A stretch of 64,000 nucleotides of DNA, taken from assembly GCA_902632605.1 (NCBI GenBank), contig CACPDB010000001.1:137090-201089 (forward strand), read 5' to 3'. The DNA is from an uncultured SAR86 cluster bacterium. Lineage in GTDB: Bacteria > Pseudomonadota > Gammaproteobacteria > Magnimaribacterales > AG-339-G14. The notes under the pieces are model-generated. The model saw only the letters and a list, made by a program, of their open reading frames with translations. It was not told the DNA's origin and did no database searches. The position numbers were made by a program, and so were the translations under genes. Below are positions 42,133 through 51,555 of the stretch, in pieces (position 1 is the stretch's first letter; each line of letters begins with the position of its first letter).

Positions 42133-43351
42133 ATTAGAGTATGCATTAAATACTTTTTATTTATTAATCTCTGGAGCTTTCGTAATGTGGATGGCTGCAG
42201 GATTTACCATGTTAGAAGCCGGTTTAGTTAGAGCTAAAAACGTATCAGAAATTGTTACTAAAAACTTAGGTCTATACTCTATCGCATGTGTCATGTACTT
42301 AGTATGTGGTTTCTTTTTAATGTACCCAGGTGACAGCGTATACAACGGATACTTCCCAATGATAGGCAGTACTTGGGGTATTTCTTTAGATGGGCTAACT
42401 TTCAATACCGATTTAGGTTATTCAGATGCTGCTGACTTTTTCTTCCAGGTAGTTTTCGTTGCAACAGCAATGTCAATTATTTCTGGAGCTGTTGCAGAAA
42501 GAATGAAATTAATTCCATTTTTCTTATTTGCCATCGTCTTAACAGGTTTTATTTACCCAGTTCAAGGCTACTGGAAATGGGGCGGCGGTTGGTTAGACGC
42601 TATTGGTTATACTGATTTTGCGGGTTCGGGTGTTGTTCATTTATGTGGCGCAGCTGCTGCCCTTGCTGCGGTAATTATTCTTGGTCCTAGAACTGGAAAG
42701 TATGGTTCCGATGGATCTGTTAAAGTTATGAGAGGTTCAAATATTCCAATTGCAGCCTTAGGTGCACTAATCCTCTGGTTGGGCTGGTTTGGCTTCAACG
42801 GCGGTTCTCAATTAGCTGTCAACGATGCTGCTAATGCAAATGCTGTTGCTCAAGTCTTTTTGAACACAAATGCTGCTGCTGCAGGTGGTGTAATAGGAGC
42901 ATTACTTACAGCCAAATTCCTAACTGGTAAGGCAGATGTAACAATGGCCATTAACGGCGCCATTGCAGGTTTGGTTGCTATAACAGCAGCTCCAGATTCT
43001 CCCTCAGGTGGATTAGCTACAATCATAGGTTTTATCGGTGGAATAATTGTCTACTTCTCAGTCGTCTTCTTGGACACAGTCCTTAAAATAGATGATCCTG
43101 TTGGGGCGATTTCTGCTCATGGTACTGTTGGTATTTGGGGAATCATGGCGACACCACTTTCTGGTGCAGGAGCTTTTGGAACTCAAGCAATAGGTGCTAT
43201 TTCGATTTTCCTTTGGGCTTTCATTTGCACTGCAGGTACTTTGCTAGTGCTTAACACAACTATAGGTTTAAGGCCTTCAGAGGAAGAAGAAACTTCAGGA
43301 CTAGACGCTTCAGAAATTGGAGTGGAAGCTTATCCTGAGTTCAAAGATTAA
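42125..43351 (+). CDS. amtB: Ammonium transporter
   Basis: SGAVAER, DFAGSGVVH, GWFGFNGGS, IDDPV.AISAHG (twin His). Confidence 0.96.
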   Translation: MSELEYALNTFYLLISGAFVMWMAAGFTMLEAGLVRAKNVSEIVTKNLGLYSIACVMYLVCGFFLMYPGDSVYNGYFPMIGSTWGISLDGLTFNTDLGYSDAADFFFQVVFVATAMSIISGAVAERMKLIPFFLFAIVLTGFIYPVQGYWKWGGGWLDAIGYTDFAGSGVVHLCGAAAALAAVIILGPRTGKYGSDGSVKVMRGSNIPIAALGALILWLGWFGFNGGSQLAVNDAANANAVAQVFLNTNAAAAGGVIGALLTAKFLTGKADVTMAINGAIAGLVAITAAPDSPSGGLATIIGFIGGIIVYFSVVFLDTVLKIDDPVGAISAHGTVGIWGIMATPLSGAGAFGTQAIGAISIFLWAFICTAGTLLVLNTTIGLRPSEEEETSGLDASEIGVEAYPEFKD

Positions 43352-43369
43352 TTAATTATCCTCCCCCCT

Positions 43370-43402
43370 AAAAGCAGGTAAGGAAACTTACCTGCTTTTT
43401 TT
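43370..43402 (+). terminator. Intrinsic terminator after amtB
   Basis: AAAGCAGGTAAG-gaaa-CTTACCTGCTTT followed by a T-tract. Confidence 0.9.
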
Positions 43403-43414
43403 ATATAATTTCTC

Positions 43415-45427
43415 ATGTCTTTTGTTTTCTTTTTATTGCTATTCTTTTCTAGTTTTTCTTTTCTTGCAGAAACGAACGAAGAACTTACTGTCTCAACCAA
43501 TCAAAATTGGAATTTTAAGCCTTCTTCAGAAACAATCTCATCTGAGGAAATAAAATTTTTAAACGCAACTCATAACAAAGAGCTTTTCAATACATCAGCA
43601 GGCAGTTGGATTAGTAGAGGGTCCGGTCAAGAAAGCTTAATCTCTTTAAGATCTCCAGTATTAACTGGTTCAGGAGCTTGCGGGTCTTTCTTGATTTTGG
43701 AGGATGGTTTGCCAATCAGACCGGCTGGATTTTGTAACGTAAACAATCTATTTGAAGTCTCTACAAACTTAGCTTCTAAGGTTGAAATTTTAAAAGGTCC
43801 ATCCAGTGCTAGATTTGGCGGCAATGCTTTGCATGGGGCAATAAATTTTCAATCTCTTAAAATTGATGCAGTAAATTATCTAAAAACAGAAATTAACGAT
43901 GACGAGTCTTTCAAAGCATCTTTTCAATATCAGGAAGCAACCAATTGGTCCTTGGGAGTTACTTTAGATAGAAATAAAGGTTTTAGAGATTCAAGTGGGT
44001 TTGACCAGCAAAAGTTGGCCTTCAAGTCAAAAAACAACACTAAGAATTGGCAAGCTACAACGCTTTTTAACTTAACCAACATCAATCAAGAAACAGCTGG
44101 CTATATTAGCTCTTATAAATCGAGTTTAAGATTAACAAATGCTAATCCAGAAGCTTATCGAGATGCTAAGTCATTGCGTTTAAATACCCTTTTGACGCAA
44201 ATTAAAGATAATTTTGAATTCCAGATAAGACCTTATCTAAGATATAGCAAGATGGATTTTGTGCAACATTATCTGCCTGGAAAACCAATAGAAAAAAATC
44301 AACAAACCAGTTCTGGTTTGAATTTCTTAATGAATATAAAAAGCTTTCCTGACCATAAACTGTCTTTTGGAGTCAATTTGGAGATTGCTAATATTCAATT
44401 AGAAGAATTTCAGCCTAATGTTCTAACAACTGGCTCTACTTTCAATCAAGCTGTCAGACCTCAAGGTTTGCATTATGATTTTGAAGTTAATACCAACTTA
44501 TTGGCTATGTTCTTGTCTCACGAATTTATAACTGAAGATGATTTCAAATTATTTTCTAATTTTAGAGCTGAAAGACTTAATTATAGTTATGACAACCACA
44601 TGCTTGATGGTAGGACTAGAGCAGATGGATCAGAATGTGGTTTCGGTGGTTGCTATTACTCAAGACCCGAGGATACTGATATTTCTTTTTCTGATAATTC
44701 TCTTAGATTTGGTTTTTCCAAAAAAGTTAAATCTAACGAATTCTTTTTACAGTTCAGCAAAGGCTTTAGACCTCCACAGATAAATGAGCTTTTCAGACTG
44801 CAAAAAGCACAAACTTTAGCTGACTTAAATTCTGAAAAAATAGGTTCTGTAGAATTTGGACTTCTTTCAACTGGGGATAACTTCCTTAATAAATTTGTTT
44901 TATTTTCTTCCAAGAAAAATAATTACATTTATAAAGATAATGAAAGTTCTACAATTGCTGATGGAAAATCAAGTCATCAAGGTATTGAAATTTCAGGATC
45001 TGTTGATGTTTCTCCCATGCTGATGATCAAGTACGCTTGGAGTTTTGCTGAACATCTTTATGATTATTCACTTTCATCTATAGGAGTTTCAAAAGGAAAT
45101 TATATTGATACTGCGCCAAGAATATATGGAAGTATATTTATTAATATCTTTCCGATCGATAAGTTAACTATTCAAATTGAAGAAGAGTACATGGGTAAAT
45201 ATTTTACGGATACATCTAATCAATATAGCTATCCAGGCCACTATTTAACTAACATTAGAGGTCTCTACAGTATTACTTCAAATCTAGACTTCAACTTCAG
45301 CTTAATTAATGTTTTTAATAAACGCTACGCTGAAAGAGCAGATTACTCACAATTCTCTAATCCTAACGAAAGATATTTTCCAGGTCTTCCGATACAATGG
45401 CGATTCGGATTTAGTTATTCTTTTTAA
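43415..45427 (+). CDS. TonB-dependent outer-membrane receptor
   Basis: Signal peptide, plug VEILKGPSSARFG, FRPP.INEL, N.FNKRY, C-terminal Phe (FSYSF). Confidence 0.9.
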   Translation: MSFVFFLLLFFSSFSFLAETNEELTVSTNQNWNFKPSSETISSEEIKFLNATHNKELFNTSAGSWISRGSGQESLISLRSPVLTGSGACGSFLILEDGLPIRPAGFCNVNNLFEVSTNLASKVEILKGPSSARFGGNALHGAINFQSLKIDAVNYLKTEINDDESFKASFQYQEATNWSLGVTLDRNKGFRDSSGFDQQKLAFKSKNNTKNWQATTLFNLTNINQETAGYISSYKSSLRLTNANPEAYRDAKSLRLNTLLTQIKDNFEFQIRPYLRYSKMDFVQHYLPGKPIEKNQQTSSGLNFLMNIKSFPDHKLSFGVNLEIANIQLEEFQPNVLTTGSTFNQAVRPQGLHYDFEVNTNLLAMFLSHEFITEDDFKLFSNFRAERLNYSYDNHMLDGRTRADGSECGFGGCYYSRPEDTDISFSDNSLRFGFSKKVKSNEFFLQFSKGFRPPQINELFRLQKAQTLADLNSEKIGSVEFGLLSTGDNFLNKFVLFSSKKNNYIYKDNESSTIADGKSSHQGIEISGSVDVSPMLMIKYAWSFAEHLYDYSLSSIGVSKGNYIDTAPRIYGSIFINIFPIDKLTIQIEEEYMGKYFTDTSNQYSYPGHYLTNIRGLYSITSNLDFNFSLINVFNKRYAERADYSQFSNPNERYFPGLPIQWRFGFSYSF

Positions 45428-45454
45428 ATAACGCATATCCCATACTTTTTTAGC

Positions 45455-46828
45455 ATGCAAGAATCTACTGCTCCTACAGATATTGATGAAGAATCAACCG
45501 AAAAGGTTGCTAGTCCTGAGACACTTTCAGTTTGGGGGCTTGCCTGGCCTTCGATATTAGCAAATATTTTGTTTGCCTCTGTAGGAGTAGTGGCTTTGAA
45601 AGCTGTCGGTAACTTAGGAACAGATGCGGTAGCAGCAGTTGGTACAGGAGGTCGAATCTTTTTTGTCATTCAATCCATTATGATGGCAATTTCAACAGGA
45701 ACGACTGCATTGGTTGCAAGAGCATACGGCGCGAGACGATATCAAGAAGCTAGTCAAGTCTTATACGACTCAATTTTAATAAGTATCTTTTTAAGTTTTA
45801 TCTCTATCTTTGTTATTTGGGTTGCCGGTGAGGATTTGATGAATCTTTTTGGCTTGGAACTAGAAGCAAAAGATTTAGCTGTTAATTATTTAAAAGTTTT
45901 AATCTTATTTGCTCCAGCTTTTGGAGTTTCAATTGTTCAGGGTGCTGCAATTAGAGCTGCAGGAGATGTGAAGACACCACTTTATTTGGGTTTAATTCAA
46001 AACATAATAAACATTTTTCTTTTAATAGGATTAGTTAATGGCCGATTTGGATTTCCAGAACTTGGTGTCGTTGGTGCCGCATACGCGGGAGGTATCTCTT
46101 TCGCTATCGGTGCAATATTAGGAATTTTAGTATGGATTTCTAAAATCATTACTATTCCTTTGCCAAAACTTGCCAACTTTTCCTTCTCCAGATTTAGAGA
46201 ATTGATTCATGTATCAACTCCAGCTGGACTAGAACAGGGCGTATTTCAGTTGGGACTTCTTCTCTATTTTTGGATTATTTCCTTATATGGAAATGCACCA
46301 ATTGCTGCTTACAATGTAGGTATAAATATTTTGATGCTTTCTTTCATGGTCGGTCAAGGCTTTACTGTCGCTGGTGCTACATTAACCGGACAATTTATAG
46401 GTGCAAAAAACCCTAAAGAAGCAAAAAGAAGCGGGTGGCGTTCTGCAGGACTAACTATGGTTTCCATGGGAATCTTAGGGATCATTTTAGCTTTAGCATC
46501 TCGTCCTATCGCTAGTTTTTTTGTAGATGATCCTGAAGTCATTCGTTTGACGGTTTTATTCGTTTGGCTCTTAGGAATCATGCAACCGCTTATGGCTTTG
46601 GAATTTGCTTTAGGTGGAGCTTTACGAGGTGCGGGTGATACTAAATCTCCGCTATACATTATTACGATTAGTCTTATTTTCTTCAGACTGACTTTCGCTG
46701 GCTTATTTGTTTGGCTTAATTTCCCAATTGAATACATTTTTGGTAGTCTGATTATCGACTATATCGTTAAAGGAATTCTCTTTACATATCGCTTTGAATC
46801 TGGTCGGTGGATAAAGCTTAAAACCTAG
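45455..46828 (+). CDS. MATE family transporter
   Basis: LAWP, RAAGD.KTP, LGVVGAA, GALRGAGDT; about 12 TM segments. Confidence 0.92.
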   Translation: MQESTAPTDIDEESTEKVASPETLSVWGLAWPSILANILFASVGVVALKAVGNLGTDAVAAVGTGGRIFFVIQSIMMAISTGTTALVARAYGARRYQEASQVLYDSILISIFLSFISIFVIWVAGEDLMNLFGLELEAKDLAVNYLKVLILFAPAFGVSIVQGAAIRAAGDVKTPLYLGLIQNIINIFLLIGLVNGRFGFPELGVVGAAYAGGISFAIGAILGILVWISKIITIPLPKLANFSFSRFRELIHVSTPAGLEQGVFQLGLLLYFWIISLYGNAPIAAYNVGINILMLSFMVGQGFTVAGATLTGQFIGAKNPKEAKRSGWRSAGLTMVSMGILGIILALASRPIASFFVDDPEVIRLTVLFVWLLGIMQPLMALEFALGGALRGAGDTKSPLYIITISLIFFRLTFAGLFVWLNFPIEYIFGSLIIDYIVKGILFTYRFESGRWIKLKT

Positions 46829-46914
46829 AGTTTTTTAAAAAATCCGTATATCATCTAAGACATAACTCATTTAGGAGAGTTAATTTATAAATTAAATCAC
46901 TTTTGGGAGGATTT

Positions 46915-47601
46915 ATGAGCTATTTAGCTACAAACGATTACGTAGGTATCTCGTTCTGGATTGCGACTGCTATTATGTTAGCGTCGACAGTATTCTTCTT
47001 TGTAGAGAGACAAGACGTATCTGGTAAGTGGAGAACTTCTCTTACCGTTGCAGGTCTTGTTACTGGTATTGCTTTCTGGCATTACCTTTACATGAGAGGA
47101 ATGTGGTCAGATATGGGAGCTTCCCCTACGGTATTTAGATACATTGACTGGTTAATCACAGTTCCACTTCAAATCATTGAGTTTTACTTGATTGTTGCAG
47201 CTGTTACAGCGGTAAGCGCAGGAATATTCTGGCGTTTACTAATTGCATCAATAGTAATGCTTGTTGGTGGCTATCTTGGTGAAACAGGACTATGGGCACC
47301 TTCAGTAGGTTTTGCTGTAGGAATGATTGCTTGGGTATACATCATCTATGAAATATTTCTTGGTGAAACTGCCGCAGCCAATGCCTCTAGCGGGAACTCT
47401 GCGAGTCAAAGCGCATTTAACACAATTAAATGGATTGTAACTGTAGGTTGGGCAATTTACCCAGTTGGTTACGCGCTTGGCTACTTCGCTGGCGGAGTTA
47501 ACAACGAAGCATTAAACATTGTTTATAACCTTGCTGACTTGATCAACAAAACAGCATTCGGTTTAGCAATTTGGGCAGCTGCTAAAGCAGACTCAGCTTA
47601 G
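46915..47601 (+). CDS. Proteorhodopsin (DTE proton pump, Q105 blue-tuned)
   Basis: WHY (His75), RYIDWLITVPLQIIEF (D97/T101/Q105/E108), YNLADLINK (retinal Lys). GGGAGG RBS before ATG 46915. Confidence 0.96.
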   Translation: MSYLATNDYVGISFWIATAIMLASTVFFFVERQDVSGKWRTSLTVAGLVTGIAFWHYLYMRGMWSDMGASPTVFRYIDWLITVPLQIIEFYLIVAAVTAVSAGIFWRLLIASIVMLVGGYLGETGLWAPSVGFAVGMIAWVYIIYEIFLGETAAANASSGNSASQSAFNTIKWIVTVGWAIYPVGYALGYFAGGVNNEALNIVYNLADLINKTAFGLAIWAAAKADSA

Positions 47602-47613
47602 TATCAGCCGGAT

Positions 47614-47652
47614 AAAGAAAAACCCTAGCTTTTTCAAGCTAGGGTTTTTTTT
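47614..47652. terminator. Bidirectional intrinsic terminator
   Basis: AAAAACCCTAGCT-ttttca-AGCTAGGGTTTTTTTT. Confidence 0.9.
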
Positions 47653-47695
47653 ATGAGCCCCTTGCACATGTCTCCCCCAAGAGCACAAGGGACAA
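47614..47695 (-). ncRNA. Candidate sRNA of about 80 nt
   Basis: TTGACC-N17-TATGAT promoter (47730-47702) with AT-rich upstream DNA, a GC-rich hairpin, then the terminator. Confidence 0.5.
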
Positions 47696-47763
47696 GACAA
47701 AATCATATAAAATTCTTTCTCAACGGTCAAAAGAAAATAAAAAAAATTATAAGGAGAAAATCA

Positions 47764-48501
47764 TTAGAGAATGGCATCAAAAGTTTCACTGATACTGGCA
47801 TTGATGACTAAATCTGCAAATTGATCCATTTCGGTAGGCTCATTATTTAAGATGACAAACTTAGCACCGCTTTGCTTTCCAAGCAAAGGAATTGTTGCGG
47901 CAGGATAAACTACAAGAGATGAACCTACTGCAATCATAAGATCGCAATTGGCTGCCTCATTTTGAGCGCGCATCATTTCTTTTTCTGGCATAGGTTGCCC
48001 AAAGGATATCGTTGCTGTTTTTATAAACCCTTTGCAATCCTCGCAAGAAGGCGGCTCCTGATTTTCCTTAAAAGCTTGATGTATAGGTTCAAGGTTAAAT
48101 TTTTTTTCACAGTTCAGGCATACTGCATATGTTGCATTGCCGTGAATTTCGGTAACTTGATTATTTGATAGACCAGCAGCTTGATGTAAGTTATCAACAT
48201 TTTGGGTAACGCAATGACCGTTTTCTTTTTCCCGAATAATTTTTGCAATTGCTTTGTGTCCCTTATTGGGCTCAAATTGAGAGAAATTACTTTTGAAATT
48301 TATACTTTGTTCCCAATATTTTCTTCTCATGTCATCGGATGACATGAAATCTTGAAAATAAATTGGTGTATTTTTTTTCCAAAAACCATTTGGTCCTCTA
48401 AAATCGGGAATACCAGAATCGGTACTTATTCCAGCGCCTGTAAAAAATACTGGATATGATGAGTTCTCTATGAGCTTTTTAAATTCTGTAAGATTCGTCA
48501 T
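47764..48501 (-). CDS. Sir2-family NAD-dependent deacylase
   Basis: TGAGIS.DSGIPDFRG, TQNVDNLH, HG, CxxC...CxxC, GSSL.VYPAA. Confidence 0.93.
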   Translation of the reverse strand: MTNLTEFKKLIENSSYPVFFTGAGISTDSGIPDFRGPNGFWKKNTPIYFQDFMSSDDMRRKYWEQSINFKSNFSQFEPNKGHKAIAKIIREKENGHCVTQNVDNLHQAAGLSNNQVTEIHGNATYAVCLNCEKKFNLEPIHQAFKENQEPPSCEDCKGFIKTATISFGQPMPEKEMMRAQNEAANCDLMIAVGSSLVVYPAATIPLLGKQSGAKFVILNNEPTEMDQFADLVINASISETFDAIL

Positions 48502-48593
48502 AAAATAAAACTTTCATCTAGATTTTAAATTTTTCTTAAAAAAAATTCTATCAAACTTGAAATAACTTATTTCTCAGAGTAAATTGAATTTTT

Positions 48594-48669
48594 GCGAGTA
48601 TAGCTCAGCTGGTAGAGCGCGACCTTGCCAAGGTCGAGGCCACGGGTTCGAACCCCGTTACTCGCTCCA
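48594..48669 (+). tRNA. tRNA-Gly(GCC)
   Basis: GCGAGTA stem, anticodon arm CGACC-TT-GCC-AA-GGTCG, GGTTCGAA, TCCA end. Confidence 0.95.
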
Positions 48670-48761
48670 TTTCAAAGCTTACGAATTTTTATTTGTCTTA
48701 GGACAAGCTAAAGTCAGGGGTACTGTTCAGATGTATATTAATCCGATAGCAATTAAATAGA

Positions 48762-49403
48762 TTAGATTTGGTCAGCAAATTCGTGATTCTTATCACGATG
48801 TCCGGCTTCATCAGCTCTGACAGCAATAATTACATCTCGGAGAGTTGCTTCAGATCCTAGACTCCAATATTCAATGGCAATTTGAGGAGCTGGGCGATTT
48901 AAAATCTTACCATTATCTATTTCAGCTAAGTATTCTGAATAAGACATAACTGCTTCTTCTTCAAAGTAACCAATCATTCTGTGAGCAGTTTTTTTGAAAA
49001 AGATGTAGAGAAGTGTATAAAAAATTCCAAAAGAAATTTGCGCCAGAAGAATCAAGAACCTTTCCAGCTTTGAGGGTTTGGCAATCTCAATAAAAGTCAT
49101 TAAATGCATCCTTTCATTTTCTGCCTCGTCTAGAAGTTCCTTAATCATGCCATTGTCATCTTTCATGTTTCTAAGTGACCTTAGGTGATGCACAACACCT
49201 GCTACCATACCAGGCACACCCGCAACGGTTTCCAATACAACGGCACGATGACCATATCTTTTACGAAATAGGGTGTCAGCAAAGAATCTTAAAGATTTAG
49301 TTATAAAAAGCGCGAACGAATCGCTGAAACTCTGAGGGGGAGTATGAAGCTGAGCTCCAACTGATTCGTTCGATACAAATTTATTATTATCTGTATTTAG
49401 CAT
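48762..49403 (-). CDS. aox: Alternative oxidase (ubiquinol oxidase)
   Basis: All four diiron motifs: LETVA.VPG, EAENERMHL, FEEEA, RADEAGH. Confidence 0.96.
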   Translation of the reverse strand: MLNTDNNKFVSNESVGAQLHTPPQSFSDSFALFITKSLRFFADTLFRKRYGHRAVVLETVAGVPGMVAGVVHHLRSLRNMKDDNGMIKELLDEAENERMHLMTFIEIAKPSKLERFLILLAQISFGIFYTLLYIFFKKTAHRMIGYFEEEAVMSYSEYLAEIDNGKILNRPAPQIAIEYWSLGSEATLRDVIIAVRADEAGHRDKNHEFADQI

Positions 49404-49513
49404 GTAAGTAATATATATTCTCCTGAGTTATATTAAATATTTCAAACCTAATTATTAGATATATATAGCTTTTTTGCATAAGTGCTAAAGTTTGAAGAAA
49501 AGCAGAGGTAAAG

Positions 49514-50323
49514 ATGAATTCATTGAAAACTGAAATAAAAGAAAAGGGAGTCTTTGTGATTACCTTGAATAGACCTAAAGTCTTAAATAGTCTTAATAAG
49601 GAAATCATAGATGAACTACTTGAAGCATTTGATAAAGCATATGATGACCAATCAATCAGAACTGTTGTGCTTACTGGAGAAGGTAGGGGATTTTGCAGCG
49701 GAGCTGATCTTGCGGGTGGTGGATGGCCCAGTAATCCAAAATGGTCTCCCGGGGAATCAACGGCGAATGCCATGGAAATCGGCTTTAACCCCTTGGTTAG
49801 AAAAATTGTAAATTGTCCAAAACCTGTAGTGAATGCGATTAACGGTATTGCTGCTGGAGGTGGCGTAGGCTTGGCTCTCTGTGGAGATTTAATTCTAGCT
49901 GCTGATTCGGCGAAGTTTAAGTTGGTATTTGGTCCTCAACTAGGCATCATTTCTGATGTAGGAGCCTCGTGGTTAGTGCCTAATCTTTTGGGTCGAGCCA
50001 AAGCCAATGGTATGGCTTTATTAGGCGAGGATATCAGTGCTTCTCAAGCAGAAGCTTGGGGATTGATTTGGAAAGTTATTCCTGAAAAAGATCTGTTGGA
50101 TGAAGCTTGTAAATTTGCGGGTCAAATGGCAGACGGGGCTATTACCGGCTTGAAAGCCATTGTAAAGGCTCATGATAACGCTCTTCAAGTATCGTTATCC
50201 GATCAATTGGATTACGAGAGAGATACACAACGCATTTTATGCGACGGAGAGGTTTTTAAAGAAGGTGTTCAAGCTTTTTTAGAAAAAAGAAAACCAAATT
50301 TCAGAGATATTGAAGAAGTTTAG
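49514..50323 (+). CDS. Enoyl-CoA hydratase/isomerase (PaaG-like)
   Basis: FCSGADL, NGIAAGGG, DVGASW, EGV.AF.EKR.P.F. Confidence 0.88.
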   Translation: MNSLKTEIKEKGVFVITLNRPKVLNSLNKEIIDELLEAFDKAYDDQSIRTVVLTGEGRGFCSGADLAGGGWPSNPKWSPGESTANAMEIGFNPLVRKIVNCPKPVVNAINGIAAGGGVGLALCGDLILAADSAKFKLVFGPQLGIISDVGASWLVPNLLGRAKANGMALLGEDISASQAEAWGLIWKVIPEKDLLDEACKFAGQMADGAITGLKAIVKAHDNALQVSLSDQLDYERDTQRILCDGEVFKEGVQAFLEKRKPNFRDIEEV

Positions 50324-50329
50324 CTGTGG

Positions 50330-51460
50330 CTAATTAGAATTGAGTCTTTCTAAAAGATTTGTATAAATTCCTTTAAGTGTTTCTAAGTCTTGAAGACTTA
50401 CATTCTCATCGGTTTTGTGAATGGTTTCGTTTAATGGACCAAGTTCTACAATCTCTGAACCCATAACCTGTAAGAAGCGTCCATCAGAAGTGCCGCCACC
50501 ATTGTTAATTATTGGCTCATAGCCAGTAATGGATTTAACTGAGTCAACAATCTGTTCGATAAAATATTTTTTTTCAGTTAGATAAGGTAGACCGCTTAAC
50601 ACCCATTCAATCTCATATTTAAGATTAAGTTTTTTAAGAACAGCCTCAAAGGTTTCTTTTAGATAAGCTTCATTAGATTCTGAACAAAATCTAAAATTAA
50701 ACATCATCTCTAGAGCCCCGGGCACGACATTGGTTGCTCCAGTTCCAGATTTGATATTGGAAATTTGAAAAGATGTAGGCTGAAAATGTGTATTACCTTC
50801 ATCCCAAGTAATGCTTTCTAGTTCAGAGATTAATTTGGCAGAAGTAAAAATAGGATTTTCGACCTTTTCGGGATAGGCAACATGACCTTGCTTCCCTATA
50901 ACTTTTAATGTTCCGCTTAACGAACCACGTCTACCTATTCTGATGGTATCACCAACTTTTTTGTTTGAAGACGGTTCACCAACCAAACAGAAGTCAATGT
51001 GCTCTCCATTGTCCATAAATTTTTTAATGATTACATCAATTTTGCCATCTTCAGGCTCACCTTCTTCGTTGGATGTTAAGAGCACTGCCAATCTATAGTT
51101 CAAAGTGGGATTGGTGCTTAAGAACTCCTTTAAAGCCAGAAGGTAAGCAGCAATGTTTCCTTTCATGTCCGCAGTACCCCGTCCATACATATGTCCATCT
51201 ATGGTAACTGCTGAAAAGGGCGGTTGACTCCAATTTTCAACTGGCCCAGTTGGAACTACATCGGTATGCCCTAAGAAACACATTAAAGGACCTTCATTTC
51301 CAAGAACTGCGTAGAGATTTTCCACATTGTCGTAATTAATGCGTTCGCATCTGAAGCCCAAATCTTCTAAAAATGGCTCGATTAGATCAAAGCAGCCTTC
51401 ATCTTTAGGCGTGATCGATTCAATTTTAATTAGGTCTTTGAGTAAACTTTCTATTTCCAT
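50330..51460 (-). CDS. dapE: Succinyl-diaminopimelate desuccinylase
   Basis: GHTDVVP, GRG.ADMKG, NEEG, VGEPS, GRRGS, GGTSDGRF, TIHK.DE. Confidence 0.95.
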   Translation of the reverse strand: MEIESLLKDLIKIESITPKDEGCFDLIEPFLEDLGFRCERINYDNVENLYAVLGNEGPLMCFLGHTDVVPTGPVENWSQPPFSAVTIDGHMYGRGTADMKGNIAAYLLALKEFLSTNPTLNYRLAVLLTSNEEGEPEDGKIDVIIKKFMDNGEHIDFCLVGEPSSNKKVGDTIRIGRRGSLSGTLKVIGKQGHVAYPEKVENPIFTSAKLISELESITWDEGNTHFQPTSFQISNIKSGTGATNVVPGALEMMFNFRFCSESNEAYLKETFEAVLKKLNLKYEIEWVLSGLPYLTEKKYFIEQIVDSVKSITGYEPIINNGGGTSDGRFLQVMGSEIVELGPLNETIHKTDENVSLQDLETLKGIYTNLLERLNSN

Positions 51461-51555
51461 CTGACGCTATTATAAGTTGATTAACAAACTTGTTTTAAAT
51501 TTTATTACTGCTGCTAAAATCATTCTTTTAATAGAACAAAATCATAGGAATCAAT

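Noticed and set aside
47290-47340. Carotenoid-antenna fenestration in the rhodopsin
   Set aside because: The position equivalent to xanthorhodopsin Gly156 appears to be Phe (F-A-V-G-M-I-A-W).
47764-48501. Sir2 anti-phage effector (Thoeris/DSR-like)
   Set aside because: Ordinary zinc-binding stand-alone deacylase with no defence partners.
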